A stretch of DNA of 64,000 bases from Candidatus Latescibacterota bacterium (GTDB lineage: Bacteria > Latescibacterota > UBA2968 > GCA-2709665). Below the pieces are notes generated by a model. That model made no database searches, was not told where the DNA came from, and worked only from the letters and a program-made list of their open reading frames with translations. Of this stretch, positions 19,786 through 30,209 are shown piece by piece. Both the position numbers and the translations under genes were made by a program. Position 1 is the first letter of the stretch; every line of letters starts with the position of its first letter. The stretch lies in NCBI GenBank assembly GCA_965237675.1, contig OZ250150.1, positions 5,312,001-5,376,000 on the forward strand. The letters are read 5' to 3'.

Positions 19786-20514
19786 TCACGTCTTCGCCAG
19801 GATATTCAGATACGCCTTCACCGTGTTCGCCAACCCCATCTCCAACGCTTCACCGATCAGCGCATGGCCGATCGATACCTCCAGGATGCCAGGGATTGAA
19901 CAGAATCGGCCCAGGTTTGCCAGGTTCAGATCGTGCCCCGCGTTGACGCCAAGGCCCGCTTCCTGAGCGAATCGGGCCGCGTTTGCGTAATCCTCAAAGA
20001 CGGCCTCCAGATCCTTATCCTCTCGAAACGCATCCGCATAGGGCTCCGTGTACAGTTCGATTCGGTCCGCCCCCACCTGCGCGGCTCTCGGTATCTCGTC
20101 CGAGTCGTAATCCATAAACAGGCTTACGCGGCTGCCCAGCGCCTTCAACTCCTGAATGACGGGCTGCAGGCGGTCCCCCTCTCCGGAGAGATTCCAGCCG
20201 TGATCCGACGTAAACGCGTCCGGCGAATCCGGCACCAGCGTGCACTGCGTGGGCCTTATCTTCCGTACAATGTCCAGGTACCCTTCCTCGAAGGGGTTCC
20301 CCTCGATGTTGAACTCCACGTCCGTAACGAGCGCGTTCAAATCGTACACGTCCAAGGGCCGGACGTGCCGCTGGTCGGGCCGGGGATGAACGGTAATACC
20401 GTACGCTCCGGCTTCGATGCAGATCTGAGCGGCCCGGGTCACGCTCGGGATGCCGATCGTCCGGGTATTCCGGAGCAGCGCCACCTTGTTAACGTTCACG
20501 CTAAGTCGGGTCAT
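19786..20514 (-). CDS. pdxJ: Pyridoxine 5'-phosphate synthase
   Basis: LSVNVNKVALLRN, GITVHPRPDQRH, NIEG, QCTLVPD, IELYT, NAGHDL, EVSIGHA. Confidence 0.96.
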   Translation of the reverse strand: MTRLSVNVNKVALLRNTRTIGIPSVTRAAQICIEAGAYGITVHPRPDQRHVRPLDVYDLNALVTDVEFNIEGNPFEEGYLDIVRKIRPTQCTLVPDSPDAFTSDHGWNLSGEGDRLQPVIQELKALGSRVSLFMDYDSDEIPRAAQVGADRIELYTEPYADAFREDKDLEAVFEDYANAARFAQEAGLGVNAGHDLNLANLGRFCSIPGILEVSIGHALIGEALEMGLANTVKAYLNILAKT

Positions 20515-20802
20515 CTCCGTCGCCTTTCGTGGAATCCGATTTCAGGTTGTGTCCGCCAGATGCGGGTATCGTGATTCAGTTGAAATATAGCCCCTCTGAA
20601 TTCAGTTTACAAGACACAATAACCCGCTTCCGCCGGTAGTACACGAGGCAGGGCCATCAGATAAGCTGTCCGAAGGAAACGAGCGCATCCCTCAGGCAAA
20701 ACCCTTGCAAAATGGCAAGTCGCTCCGTTATATTGAGACCCGCGCTCGCGTGGAAGGCGAACCAAGGGCGACCTTTCCCATCTGACTATCCCTGTGACGG
20801 CT

Positions 20803-21417
20803 ATGTCGAGTCCGCAGCTTGTCGTTATTGGAGGACCCAATGGCGCCGGCAAGAGCACGGCCGCGCCACAGCTATTGCGAGATACGCTGGATGTAGCGGA
20901 ATTTGTCAACGCTGACGCCATTGCATCGGGACTTTCGGGCTTCCACCCGGAGTCGGCCGCACTTCAGGCAGGCCGTGTCATGTTGAAACGGGTCCGCCGT
21001 CTGGCTTCGAACCGAGCTGATTTTGCGTTTGAGTCGACGCTAGCGAGCCGCGGTTTTGCTCCATGGATTGACCGCCTCAAACAGAGCGGATATGTCTTCC
21101 GATTGGCATTTTTGTGGTTGCCTGATCCGGACGTGGCTATCGCGCGAGTCGCGGCGCGGGTACGAGCAGGAGGTCACGACATTCCTGACTCAACGATTCG
21201 GCGGCGGTACTACTCCGGGCTTCGTAACTTTTTCAGACTGTACCGTCCGATTGCGAATGATTGGCGGTTTTACGATAACACGGCAACCTCGGGGCCCCGT
21301 TTGATCTCAATGGGAGAAAGCACTGCTGATATCGAAGTCCGGGACGTCAATCTGTGGACACACATTAAGGAAGGTGTACAAGACTGTGAGAAGGTCATCC
21401 AAAAAAGACATCGGTAA
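20803..21417 (+). CDS. Zeta-toxin-like / AAA-family P-loop protein
   Basis: GGPNGAGKST, FVNADAIA, FAFESTL, RVAARVRAGGHDIP, RRY. Confidence 0.85.
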   Translation: MSSPQLVVIGGPNGAGKSTAAPQLLRDTLDVAEFVNADAIASGLSGFHPESAALQAGRVMLKRVRRLASNRADFAFESTLASRGFAPWIDRLKQSGYVFRLAFLWLPDPDVAIARVAARVRAGGHDIPDSTIRRRYYSGLRNFFRLYRPIANDWRFYDNTATSGPRLISMGESTADIEVRDVNLWTHIKEGVQDCEKVIQKRHR

Positions 21418-21583
21418 AATCTTCAAGGAAGGCACATTGATCGATGAGGCCTTGAAAGAAGCCGTTCGAAAAGCGATGTTGCAGCACAAACGCAACGGAA
21501 ATCCCGTGGCTACATGGCGAAACGAAAAGGTCGTGTGGATCCCTGCCGACCAAATTGAGGTCAACGAGGAACCCGGCGGATGA
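21386..21583 (+). CDS. Small partner protein of the zeta-like ATPase (putative antitoxin)
   Basis: Overlaps the ATPase end; ALKEAVRKAMLQHKRNGNPVATW...VVWIP pattern typical of such partners. Confidence 0.65.
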   Translation: MRRSSKKDIGKIFKEGTLIDEALKEAVRKAMLQHKRNGNPVATWRNEKVVWIPADQIEVNEEPGG

Positions 21584-23031
21584 ACCCGGCCAATCTGCTG
21601 TTCATCCTCTCCGACCAGCACACGCGGGACATCACGGGTTGCTACGGGCACCCGGTCGTCCGGACGCCCAACATCGACAGCCTGGCCAGGCGCGGAACCC
21701 GCTTCACCAGCGCCTACACGAACTGCCCCATCTGCGTGCCCGCCCGCGCCTCCCTCGCGACTGGACGATACGTCCACCAGACCGGAAACTGGGACAACGC
21801 CTTTGCCTACGATGGTAGCGTACCCAGTTGGGGCCACCGCCTCAGGGAGCAGGGATTTCAGGTCGCTTCCATCGGTAAACTGCACTTCCGCTCCGTGGAG
21901 GACGATAACGGTTTTTCACAGGAAATCGATCCGCTTCACGTTGTGGACGGCGTCGGGGACATCCTGAGTTGCATTCGGGATCGCTCCCCGTTCCGCGACA
22001 AGCGCGCCGGTATTCTCAACGCCGGCCCCGGAGACTCTACCTATCTGCAGTACGACATTTCAAACGCCGACCGAGCCTGCACCTGGCTGTCCGAGCGTGA
22101 GGACGACGACAAGCCGTGGGTCCTGTTTCTCTCCTTTGTCTGTCCACATCCCCCCTACATCGCACCCCCAGATCTCTTCGAGATGTATCCGCCGGAGCAG
22201 CTTCCCCTACCCGCCCAGTGGCGTCACGAGGACTGGCCCGACCATCCGGCTATCCACCGCTTCCGCCCGTTCTTCAACTACGACCGGCCCTTTACCGAAC
22301 CCGAACTACGCAACCTGACCGCCGCCTACTACGGCACGTGCACGCACCTGGACCGCCAGATCGGCCGCGTCCTGAACGCACTCGCGGTTCACAACCTGGC
22401 CGACACCACCCGAGTCCTGTACACCTCCGACCACGGCGAATCGTTGGGCGCGCGCGGCCTCTTCGGCAAATTCACCATGTATGAGGAATCCGCCTCCGTC
22501 CCGCTCATCCTCGCCGGTCCGGACGTTCCATCGGGCCGCGTCGTGGGCACGCCCGTATCCCTTGTGGATTGCTTTCCGACGGTTCTGGAATGCGCAGGAG
22601 CCGCACCCGAACGCCACCCCCTCCCCGGTCGTTCCCTGTGGCAGATCGCTCAAAGCACTGACCGGGATCGAACCGTTTTCAGCGAATACCACGCCGTCGG
22701 ATCCCGAAACGCCATTTACATGCTCCGCGATCGAACCTGGAAATACATACACTATATAGACGAGCCGAAGCAGCTCTTCAACCTCGAAGACGACCCGAAA
22801 GAAACAACGGATCTCTCGTCTTCCCCGGACCATCAGACCACCCTGAAATCCCTCGAACGGCGGCTCCGCGAACTTCTGGATCCCGATGGCACGGACGCCC
22901 GCGCGAAATCTGATCAGCGGGCCAGGATCCGGTCCTTCGGCGGCGAAAAAGCCGTTCGCAGCCGGGGGGCCTTCGACAACTCCCCGGTTCCGGGCGAGGC
23001 GCCGGCCTTCCGGGTCCACAAATCGACGTGA
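21580..23031 (+). CDS. Sulfatase (choline-sulfatase-like)
   Basis: ILSDQH, TPNID, CVPAR (CxPxR), GKLH, PHPP, SDHG. Confidence 0.92.
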   Translation: MNPANLLFILSDQHTRDITGCYGHPVVRTPNIDSLARRGTRFTSAYTNCPICVPARASLATGRYVHQTGNWDNAFAYDGSVPSWGHRLREQGFQVASIGKLHFRSVEDDNGFSQEIDPLHVVDGVGDILSCIRDRSPFRDKRAGILNAGPGDSTYLQYDISNADRACTWLSEREDDDKPWVLFLSFVCPHPPYIAPPDLFEMYPPEQLPLPAQWRHEDWPDHPAIHRFRPFFNYDRPFTEPELRNLTAAYYGTCTHLDRQIGRVLNALAVHNLADTTRVLYTSDHGESLGARGLFGKFTMYEESASVPLILAGPDVPSGRVVGTPVSLVDCFPTVLECAGAAPERHPLPGRSLWQIAQSTDRDRTVFSEYHAVGSRNAIYMLRDRTWKYIHYIDEPKQLFNLEDDPKETTDLSSSPDHQTTLKSLERRLRELLDPDGTDARAKSDQRARIRSFGGEKAVRSRGAFDNSPVPGEAPAFRVHKST

Positions 23032-23074
23032 ACAAAATGAGATCGGTTTTCTTTCTTCAACTCTGAACTCTTAA

Positions 23075-23842
23075 ATGGGAGCCGCACCGGTGACCGACGA
23101 GGAAAAATTCAGCTTCGACCTTGAAGGCTACCTGATCGTCAGGAACGTCCTCACCGCAGGCGATGTGCATCGGCTGAACGCGGTGGCGGATCGGATCGCT
23201 TCCGAACGCGTCGACTCCGGCACAAGCACGATCGGACGTGTCTCTCAGTGGGGACCTGAATTTCAAGCCCTGATGGACCACGAGAAGATCGTGCCGTACC
23301 TGGTCGAATTGCTGGGCCCCAAATTCCGCATCGACCATGACTACTGTATATTTATGAAAAAAGGGGCGGCGCGCGGCGGACTCCACGGCGGCGAGACCGA
23401 CACCGAGGCGGACCACTGGTACAAATATCGAGACGGCGTGATGCGCAACGGCCTCACCGTGGTCACCTACTTTCTCTCGCCCGCAGGACACGGAGACGGC
23501 GGTTTCACGTGCATTCCCGGAAGCCATAAGTCCAAATTCGTCGACCGGCTTCCCCGGGACGTGCGGCGCTTCGAACGCGATGCCCATTATGTGATCCAGC
23601 CCGAAGCGGACGCGGGCGACGCACTCATCTTCACGGAGGCCCTCATCCACGGGACAAAGCCCTGGACGGCTGATTGCGATCGCCGCGCCCTGCTTTACAA
23701 ATACAGCCCCGGGCACTCAGCCTGGTCCCAGGGATATTACGACCCCGAGGAATACGCGCACCTCACGGACCAACAGCGGCGTCTCATGGCGCCTCCCTCC
23801 GTCGGAAGACGCCCGGATACCGTTGATACCCGTTGCACGTAA
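23075..23842 (+). CDS. Phytanoyl-CoA dioxygenase (PhyH) family protein
   Basis: FDLEGYL, GGFTCIPGSHK, AGDALIFTEALIHG. Confidence 0.88.
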   Translation: MGAAPVTDEEKFSFDLEGYLIVRNVLTAGDVHRLNAVADRIASERVDSGTSTIGRVSQWGPEFQALMDHEKIVPYLVELLGPKFRIDHDYCIFMKKGAARGGLHGGETDTEADHWYKYRDGVMRNGLTVVTYFLSPAGHGDGGFTCIPGSHKSKFVDRLPRDVRRFERDAHYVIQPEADAGDALIFTEALIHGTKPWTADCDRRALLYKYSPGHSAWSQGYYDPEEYAHLTDQQRRLMAPPSVGRRPDTVDTRCT

Positions 23843-23889
23843 CACGTCTCCGGACCGGTTTCATCAATCCATCATCAGGAGATTCTGCA

Positions 23890-25350
23890 ATGCCCGCACT
23901 CGAACCCTGTCCACTATTCATCAACGGGGAATGGGTCATCTCCACCGGGACTGATACCGAACCGGTCTACAACCCCTCGGAAGGCACGCAAATCTCCGCC
24001 ACACCCCTGTGCAGCGCCGATGAAGTTGACAGCGCCGTCAGGGCAGCAAGCGGGGCCTTTGCAGCCTGGGCCGAAACCCCGGCCGTCGAACGCGCCCGGC
24101 TCATGTTCCGTTTCAAGGAGCTTCTGGAGAAACACTTCGAGGATCTTTCCCGAATCGTCACCCGTGAACACGGAAAAACCCTGGACGAATCCAGGGGCTC
24201 CGTCCGGCGCGGCATCGAAGTCGTGGAGTTCGCCTGCGGCGCGCCATCCCTCCTGATGGGACAAGCCCTGGAGAACATCGCGGCCGATATCGACTGCGAC
24301 ACGATCCGGCAACCCCTGGGCGTGTGCGCGGCCATCACCCCGTTCAACTTTCCCGTCATGGTACCGCTCTGGACCCTGCCGGTCGCCCTCGTCTGCGGGA
24401 ATACCTTTGTTCTCAAGCCGTCCGAGAAGGTACCCCTGAGCGCCATTCGTCTGGTGGAACTCCTGGCCGAAGCCGGCCTGCCTCCCGGCGTTCTGAATCT
24501 CGTTCACGGCGGACGTGAAGCCGTGGATGCCCTGCTCGGCCATCCGGATGTACGCACGGTGTCTTTCGTCGGCTCCACTCCCGTGGCCAGATACATCTAC
24601 GAAACCGCCACGCGCAACGGGAAACGCGTACAATCCGCAGGGGGCGCCAAGAACTATATGATCGTCCTGCCAGACGCCGAACCGGACGCCACCATAAACG
24701 CCATTATGGGCTCTGCGTACGGCTGCGCCGGAGAGCGGTGCATGGCGGGCAGCGTTCTTGTGTGCGCCCACGACGCCGCCGAACGCTTTCTGCCCCTCCT
24801 CAGCGACGCCGCGCGCGGCCTCCGCGTCGGACCCACCGACCGGGATGCCGATGCAGAGATGGGCCCGCTCGTTTCCCCCCAGCACCTGGAAAACGTGCGC
24901 ACTTCCATCCGGACCGGCCTCGCCGAAGGCGCCGATCTGATCGTCGACGGGCGCGACGTGGTCGTGGATGCCTGCCCGAACGGTTTTTACCTGGGCCCGA
25001 CCGTCTTCGATCGTGTGCAGCCCCGGATGCAGATCGCCCGGGACGAAATTTTCGGCCCCGTACTGTCGGTGATGCGCACGGATGATCTGGATGCCGCCAT
25101 TGAGGCCTGTAACAACAGCGGTTACGGCAACGCCGCCGTACTCTTTACCGAAAGCGGAGGCGCCGCGCGCAGATTCCGCCACCGCATCAACGCCGGCATG
25201 GTGGGCATCAACACCGGCGTTCCGGCGCCCATGGCCTTCTTCCCGTTCTCAGGCTGGAACAACTCCTTCTTCGGCGACCTGCATGTCCAGGGCCACGAAG
25301 GCGTCTCCTTCTTCACCCGTCAGAAAGTCACCATCAGCCGCTGGGGATGA
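23890..25350 (+). CDS. mmsA: CoA-acylating methylmalonate/malonate-semialdehyde dehydrogenase
   Basis: ITPFNFP, LKPSE, SFVGST, GGAKN, AGERCMA, EIFGPV, PAPMAFFPFSGW. Confidence 0.92.
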   Translation: MPALEPCPLFINGEWVISTGTDTEPVYNPSEGTQISATPLCSADEVDSAVRAASGAFAAWAETPAVERARLMFRFKELLEKHFEDLSRIVTREHGKTLDESRGSVRRGIEVVEFACGAPSLLMGQALENIAADIDCDTIRQPLGVCAAITPFNFPVMVPLWTLPVALVCGNTFVLKPSEKVPLSAIRLVELLAEAGLPPGVLNLVHGGREAVDALLGHPDVRTVSFVGSTPVARYIYETATRNGKRVQSAGGAKNYMIVLPDAEPDATINAIMGSAYGCAGERCMAGSVLVCAHDAAERFLPLLSDAARGLRVGPTDRDADAEMGPLVSPQHLENVRTSIRTGLAEGADLIVDGRDVVVDACPNGFYLGPTVFDRVQPRMQIARDEIFGPVLSVMRTDDLDAAIEACNNSGYGNAAVLFTESGGAARRFRHRINAGMVGINTGVPAPMAFFPFSGWNNSFFGDLHVQGHEGVSFFTRQKVTISRWG

Positions 25351-25353
25351 GCC

Positions 25354-26424
25354 GTGAACAGACGCCTCCAAAAAATCTTCCACGACGTCCTTGCTCTGCC
25401 CACGGCGCCCTTTAGTGAAGACGCCGTCGCCGCATTCATCCGAGCCTTTGCCCGGCGGCGGCGGATCCCGGTGAAAACAGACCGGTACGGCAACCTCGTC
25501 CTTCGGTACACAAGCGGCGATCAGGCGGAACCGGTAGCGCTCACAGCCCACATGGACCACCCCGGCTGCGAAATCCTCAACGCCGACGGGCGGAATCTCA
25601 CCGCGCGCTGGCTGGGGGCATGTGACGAGCGCCATTTTCCCGGTGGGCGCCTCACGCTCGTCTCGGGTAGGGACGAGATTCCCGGCAGGGCGTCGTCGAC
25701 GCTGAGCGACGACAAGACCTTTACCGCCCGCGCCGCGCGTCCGCTGCCGAAGCCGGAAGGCGCGTTCGGCTATTGGAGCCTCAGACCGGTCGTGTTCGAC
25801 GGCGACCTCATCCGGACCAAGGGCGCGGACAACCTGGCAAGCTGCGCCGCCATCCTAGCCGTGATGGACCAGCTTCGTCGCACAAAGGCCACTGCCGATC
25901 TTTGGGGCGTCTTCACACGCGCCGAGGAAGTCGGCCTGCTCGGCGCAGGCGGAATCGTACGCGCCCGAACGGTCCCCAGGAGAATTCCCATCATCGTACT
26001 GGAGACCAGCAAAGCCCTCCCGGGCGCCGAGATCGGCGGCGGACCCGTCATCCGCGTGGGTGACGCCATGAGTGTATTCGATCCGCGGGTCGAATACGCC
26101 ATTCACAGCACCGCGCGCGACCTGGGGAGGAAAAAACGTAATTTCAACTATCAGCGCCAACTGATGAGCGGCGGCGTCTGCGAAGCCACCCTGTACGTCC
26201 TCTACGGCATGACGGTGGGCGCCCTGGCCTTCCCCCTGGGCAACTACCACAACATGGGCAAACGCTGGCCGGCGGAAGAGATCATTTCCGCATCCGATGC
26301 CGCCCACATGGTCGACCTATGCGTCGCACTGGCCCTGAATCCGCCTGTGGGAGAAACCCGGCGCCCAATGAAAAAACGCTTCGCGGCCGCCTTCAAGTCC
26401 AGGGAAAAACGCCTGCTGGCGTAG
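25354..26424 (+). CDS. M42/M20-like zinc metallopeptidase
   Basis: AHMDH, GADN, RAEEVG, GGVCEA, NYH. Confidence 0.8.
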   Translation: MNRRLQKIFHDVLALPTAPFSEDAVAAFIRAFARRRRIPVKTDRYGNLVLRYTSGDQAEPVALTAHMDHPGCEILNADGRNLTARWLGACDERHFPGGRLTLVSGRDEIPGRASSTLSDDKTFTARAARPLPKPEGAFGYWSLRPVVFDGDLIRTKGADNLASCAAILAVMDQLRRTKATADLWGVFTRAEEVGLLGAGGIVRARTVPRRIPIIVLETSKALPGAEIGGGPVIRVGDAMSVFDPRVEYAIHSTARDLGRKKRNFNYQRQLMSGGVCEATLYVLYGMTVGALAFPLGNYHNMGKRWPAEEIISASDAAHMVDLCVALALNPPVGETRRPMKKRFAAAFKSREKRLLA

Positions 26425-26672
26425 GAGATCGGTTTTGTCCGCGGACGACAAGACACACACTCACTTCCTCTTGTCCGGCCCGCGTCGCGAACTCATGGCG
26501 ACCCACCGCGCTCGGACGTGCCCCGAAAAACCACTACACATGCCTTCCATCCGTCGTCCTCGTTGTCAAAATACATGGCCAGGTGCGCTGCCCGCCACAC
26601 GCATGGGGTACCCCCGATGGTGCAACGCTGTAGAGCCCCTGCCGCCGGGCTCGGGTCCGGTATTTTGAGCCT

Positions 26673-27938
26673 ATGGAATCCTACCTGGATACGCTGCGTC
26701 TGTTCAACCGCGATGTCCGGCTGTATCTCGCTGCGACGATTCTCTTCGGCTTCAGCCTTTTCGGCGGCATTACCTCCCTGCTGTTCAACCTGTATCTGCT
26801 TCGGCTTGGATACGGTCCCACGTTTATCGGGTGGGTAAATGCCACCGGCGCGCTGTCCTTTGCAATTTTCAGTCTGCCGGCCGGGCTCATGGGTGCCCGC
26901 TGGGATCCGCGTCGTGTGATGATTGCGGGTATCGGTGTCGCCATCATCGGCAATGGTATGCTCTCTCAGGCTGAACTCGTCGTCTCCGGGGCCAGGGACG
27001 TGTTTGTTCTGGCCACCAACGCGCTTGGCCTGCTGGGTGTGGCCCTCTACATCGTCAACGGCGCCCCGTATCTGATGGGCGTTGTCGGAGCGCGGGAACG
27101 CAACCACGTTTTCTCCATGCAGGGCGCCCTCTTCCCGCTGGCCGGCTTTTTCGGAAGCCTTGTCGGCGGCTTCCTGCCCGGCCGGATCGCCTGGTTGATG
27201 AACGTCGCCCCGGATCACCCCGCACCTTTCCGGTTCACCCTGCTCGCCGCCTCCGCCCTGCTCATTCCGGCCCTTTTCATCCTCATGGCCACGCGGAAAC
27301 CCCAGGTCAGGCAACGACAGGTACGCGTCGAGGATTCAGATGCGCCGTTCCCGCTGGGGGTCATCGCGCTGATCGCTTTGGCCTCGTTACTGCACGTTGC
27401 CGGAGAGGGCGCTGTCCGGACCTTCTTCAATGTCTACGTGGATGCCGGCCTGCACGTACCCATCTCCCTCATCGGCACACTGATGGCCGCCGGACAACTT
27501 CTGGCGGTGCCGGCCGCCCTGACGGTGCCGCTTTTCACGGGCCGCTTCGGCAATCACCGCACGGTCGTGTTGAGCGCCATATGTACGCCCCTCATGCTGA
27601 TACCGATGGCCTTTTTGCCGCACTGGATTCCGGCGGGGTTCTGCTTTATGAACATCGTGGCCCTCGCTGCCATCCGGCGCCCGGCCTTCGTCGTCTACAA
27701 CCAGGAGATCGTTTCTCCGCGTTGGAGGGCGACCATGTCCGGGGCCTCCTCGATGATGGCTGGCATCGGTTATTCGGTCATTGCCATGGGCGGCGGCTAC
27801 ATCATCTCCACCGTCGGATACCATGCCCTCTTCCTGACCAGCGCCGCATTTACCGCGCTCGGTACCCTGGTTTTCTGGGCTTACTTCCGCACCCCGCGAG
27901 GCGAATTCGCCATGCGGACACCTGAAAAACCGCTTTGA
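26673..27938 (+). CDS. MFS transporter
   Basis: 421 aa with about 12 hydrophobic segments; GARWDPRR and GRFGNHR loop motifs. Confidence 0.88.
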   Translation: MESYLDTLRLFNRDVRLYLAATILFGFSLFGGITSLLFNLYLLRLGYGPTFIGWVNATGALSFAIFSLPAGLMGARWDPRRVMIAGIGVAIIGNGMLSQAELVVSGARDVFVLATNALGLLGVALYIVNGAPYLMGVVGARERNHVFSMQGALFPLAGFFGSLVGGFLPGRIAWLMNVAPDHPAPFRFTLLAASALLIPALFILMATRKPQVRQRQVRVEDSDAPFPLGVIALIALASLLHVAGEGAVRTFFNVYVDAGLHVPISLIGTLMAAGQLLAVPAALTVPLFTGRFGNHRTVVLSAICTPLMLIPMAFLPHWIPAGFCFMNIVALAAIRRPAFVVYNQEIVSPRWRATMSGASSMMAGIGYSVIAMGGGYIISTVGYHALFLTSAAFTALGTLVFWAYFRTPRGEFAMRTPEKPL

Positions 27939-27950
27939 AGGAGACCCGCT

Positions 27951-28844
27951 ATGCAATATCGAACCCTCGGAGAAACCGGGCTGCGCGTTTCAGAGATCGG
28001 CTACGGCGCCGCGCAGATCGGCAACATCAACCTGCCAGAAAGCCAGGTCGAGCATGTTCTCAACCGTGTTCTGGACGCCGGCATTAATTTTATCGACACG
28101 GCCGCCATGTACGGACAGAGCGAGGCCCGAATCGGCAAGTTCATTTCCTATAGACGGGAGGAGTTTATCCTCGCCACGAAATGTGGCGACTACGAGCGCG
28201 TGTTGAACGGCAAACGGAAAATCGAGCGCGACTACAGCCGGGAGGGCATCCTGCGAACGATCGACCAGAGCCGCAAAAAGCTGGACATGGATGTCATTGA
28301 CATCGTACAGTTTCACGGACTGCCCGATTCGGACGACGATGAACAGGTGGCCTTTGAGGCGCTTCTGGATGCCAGAGAAAAAGGCTGGACACGTTTTATC
28401 GGCGTTTCGGCAGACGGTCCTTCCGCTGCCGCCGCCGCCCGCCGCTGGGACCTGGACACCCAGGAATTCACCTACAACATCCTCTACCAGGAATCCGCCG
28501 AAAACCTCATGCCGACGCTGAGATCGCAGGGCATGGGGACCATCATCAAGCGTCCCATTTCCAATGCCGTCTGGGAAAAGACCGCGCGACCCGACGGCGA
28601 CTATATGGGCGGCCCGTGGGACCGGGCGCAATCCATCCCCCTTGCCGAACTGGCGGGCGAGATGCCCACTCTGGATTTCGTCCTGCGTTTCACGCTCTCG
28701 CATCCGGACGTCTGCACCGCCATCATCGGCTCCACCAATCCCGACCACATCCGCGCCAACGTCGGGATCTCCGACGGGCGCCTCCTATCCGACGATATCG
28801 TACAAAAAGCAAGGGCGGCGTTTCAATCGGGATTCGCCAGTTGA
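27951..28844 (+). CDS. Aldo/keto reductase
   Basis: YRTLGETGLRVSEIGYG, GINFIDTAAMYG, ATK, IGVS. Confidence 0.92.
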   Translation: MQYRTLGETGLRVSEIGYGAAQIGNINLPESQVEHVLNRVLDAGINFIDTAAMYGQSEARIGKFISYRREEFILATKCGDYERVLNGKRKIERDYSREGILRTIDQSRKKLDMDVIDIVQFHGLPDSDDDEQVAFEALLDAREKGWTRFIGVSADGPSAAAAARRWDLDTQEFTYNILYQESAENLMPTLRSQGMGTIIKRPISNAVWEKTARPDGDYMGGPWDRAQSIPLAELAGEMPTLDFVLRFTLSHPDVCTAIIGSTNPDHIRANVGISDGRLLSDDIVQKARAAFQSGFAS

Positions 28845-28864
28845 ATCCGTTAGATATTGAATTT

Positions 28865-28889
28865 GTAGGGGCAACCCTTGTGGTTGCCC
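28865..28889 (+). repeat. GTAG-class REP-like palindrome
   Basis: GTAGGGGCAACCCTTGTGGTTGCCC. Confidence 0.7.
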
Positions 28890-29169
28890 ACATTGTGGCG
28901 CTGACATCGGCAATTGATATCGCCAGGCCATATCTTTATCCGGTTTGGGCTGACAACAGATTGCTGCCATTCCCCTTTGCTTCTTCGTGGCTCCGTGTGA
29001 GTTTCTTCCATTGTGGCCACCTGCTCCGGCCAGACAATTCGGGTTGTGCAAGGAGCCGACACCGCGTCGAGTGGCCAAAGCGTGTATACGCATCTCAACC
29101 GCAGCCGCCGACGCATCGCCGGTACAGACAAGGGGTTACGGGCAATTGCTCGTAACCCCTTGTTTTTTT

Positions 29170-29211
29170 TGGTCGGGGAGGCGGGATTCGAACCCGCGAC
29201 ATCCTGCTCCC
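29170..29211 (-). repeat. att site: duplicated 3' half of tRNA-Pro(TGG)
   Basis: 40/42 identical to 33679-33720; similarity stops at the anticodon loop; preceded by hairpin AAGGGGTTACG...CGTAACCCCTT. Confidence 0.9.
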
Positions 29212-29642
29212 TGTGTGATAGAACCGGCTGATCGAGGTAATTACGGCATCGTAACTCAGCATATTTCCTCAAGTTAGGCGGAGCGTTCACTGTCCGACTT
29301 GAACCTTATTCTAACTGATTCTTTGCGTAGTTGGTCATAATGTGGTCAGACTCCAACATTGGTTTCGCCCCAGAATAATCCTTCCGCAAAAGCCCTTCGT
29401 TACAACAGGTAAATTTCCACGGGATAGCCAACCGGGTTAGAGTGCTTTACTGCACGCACGATGGGATTCCTACTCCAATTTTGTGGACTGGAGAACACAG
29501 CTTTTGGATTAATCATAGTAGATGCCAAGGCTCCTTGACTTGGAGTCCCACGTTACCTAAATTCGAGTTGAATCTCCGCCGGATTTATAATTCTGATGTC
29601 GCAATCGATAAGGGCCTCGTTGGCTACGTTTGGAGGCAGGCT

Positions 29643-30209
29643 ATGGAAATTAAGGTTGCGAAGTCATATTTAGATATGGCTCGCTGTTTCCGTTGTGCTG
29701 TTATCAGTGGTGGCGCCGAGGACGAATCGGGATACAATGAGGAGTTCGCCATAGTGAGTTGCATATACATCTATAGTCACATGGCAATAATGGCATTCGC
29801 GGCTGAGCAATTATATGACGTATGGAAGAAACCGCGCAATAAGCTACGAAAGAAGTACCCACAATTCGACAATTTCAAAGATTTGATGGAGTCGGACCTC
29901 CGAGACCTAAAGTGTGCCCTGAAAGAGCTCGCCTGTCTTCATGGCATCAGTCCCATCCACAATGCACAGCCCGAAATATGGCGAGCGCTGAACGAATTCT
30001 TGCGTAAATACCGGAACTATTTTGTACATCCAGATCCCGAGAATTTCTCAAAAATCGTAAATGAGATACAGTTGAAACAGTTGGGTCTTGGTCCGAAGGT
30101 GGCGACTACAATTATCGAGTATTACTACAGCGCTACGGGAACGCCTGTTCCGGCTTGGCTTTCGACGCCGGGTTTCTCCATCCCGAAAATTACAATCGAC
30201 AGCACCTAG
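29643..30209 (+). CDS. Hypothetical protein with HEPN-type RxxxxH motif
   Basis: GGAGG RBS before ATG 29643; helical protein with an N-terminal helix (AIVSCIYIYSHMAIMAF) and RNYFVH. Confidence 0.6.
   Translation: MEIKVAKSYLDMARCFRCAVISGGAEDESGYNEEFAIVSCIYIYSHMAIMAFAAEQLYDVWKKPRNKLRKKYPQFDNFKDLMESDLRDLKCALKELACLHGISPIHNAQPEIWRALNEFLRKYRNYFVHPDPENFSKIVNEIQLKQLGLGPKVATTIIEYYYSATGTPVPAWLSTPGFSIPKITIDST

Noticed and set aside
29170-29211. A third tRNA-Pro gene
   Set aside because: Only the 3' half is present, so it is interpreted as an att site.
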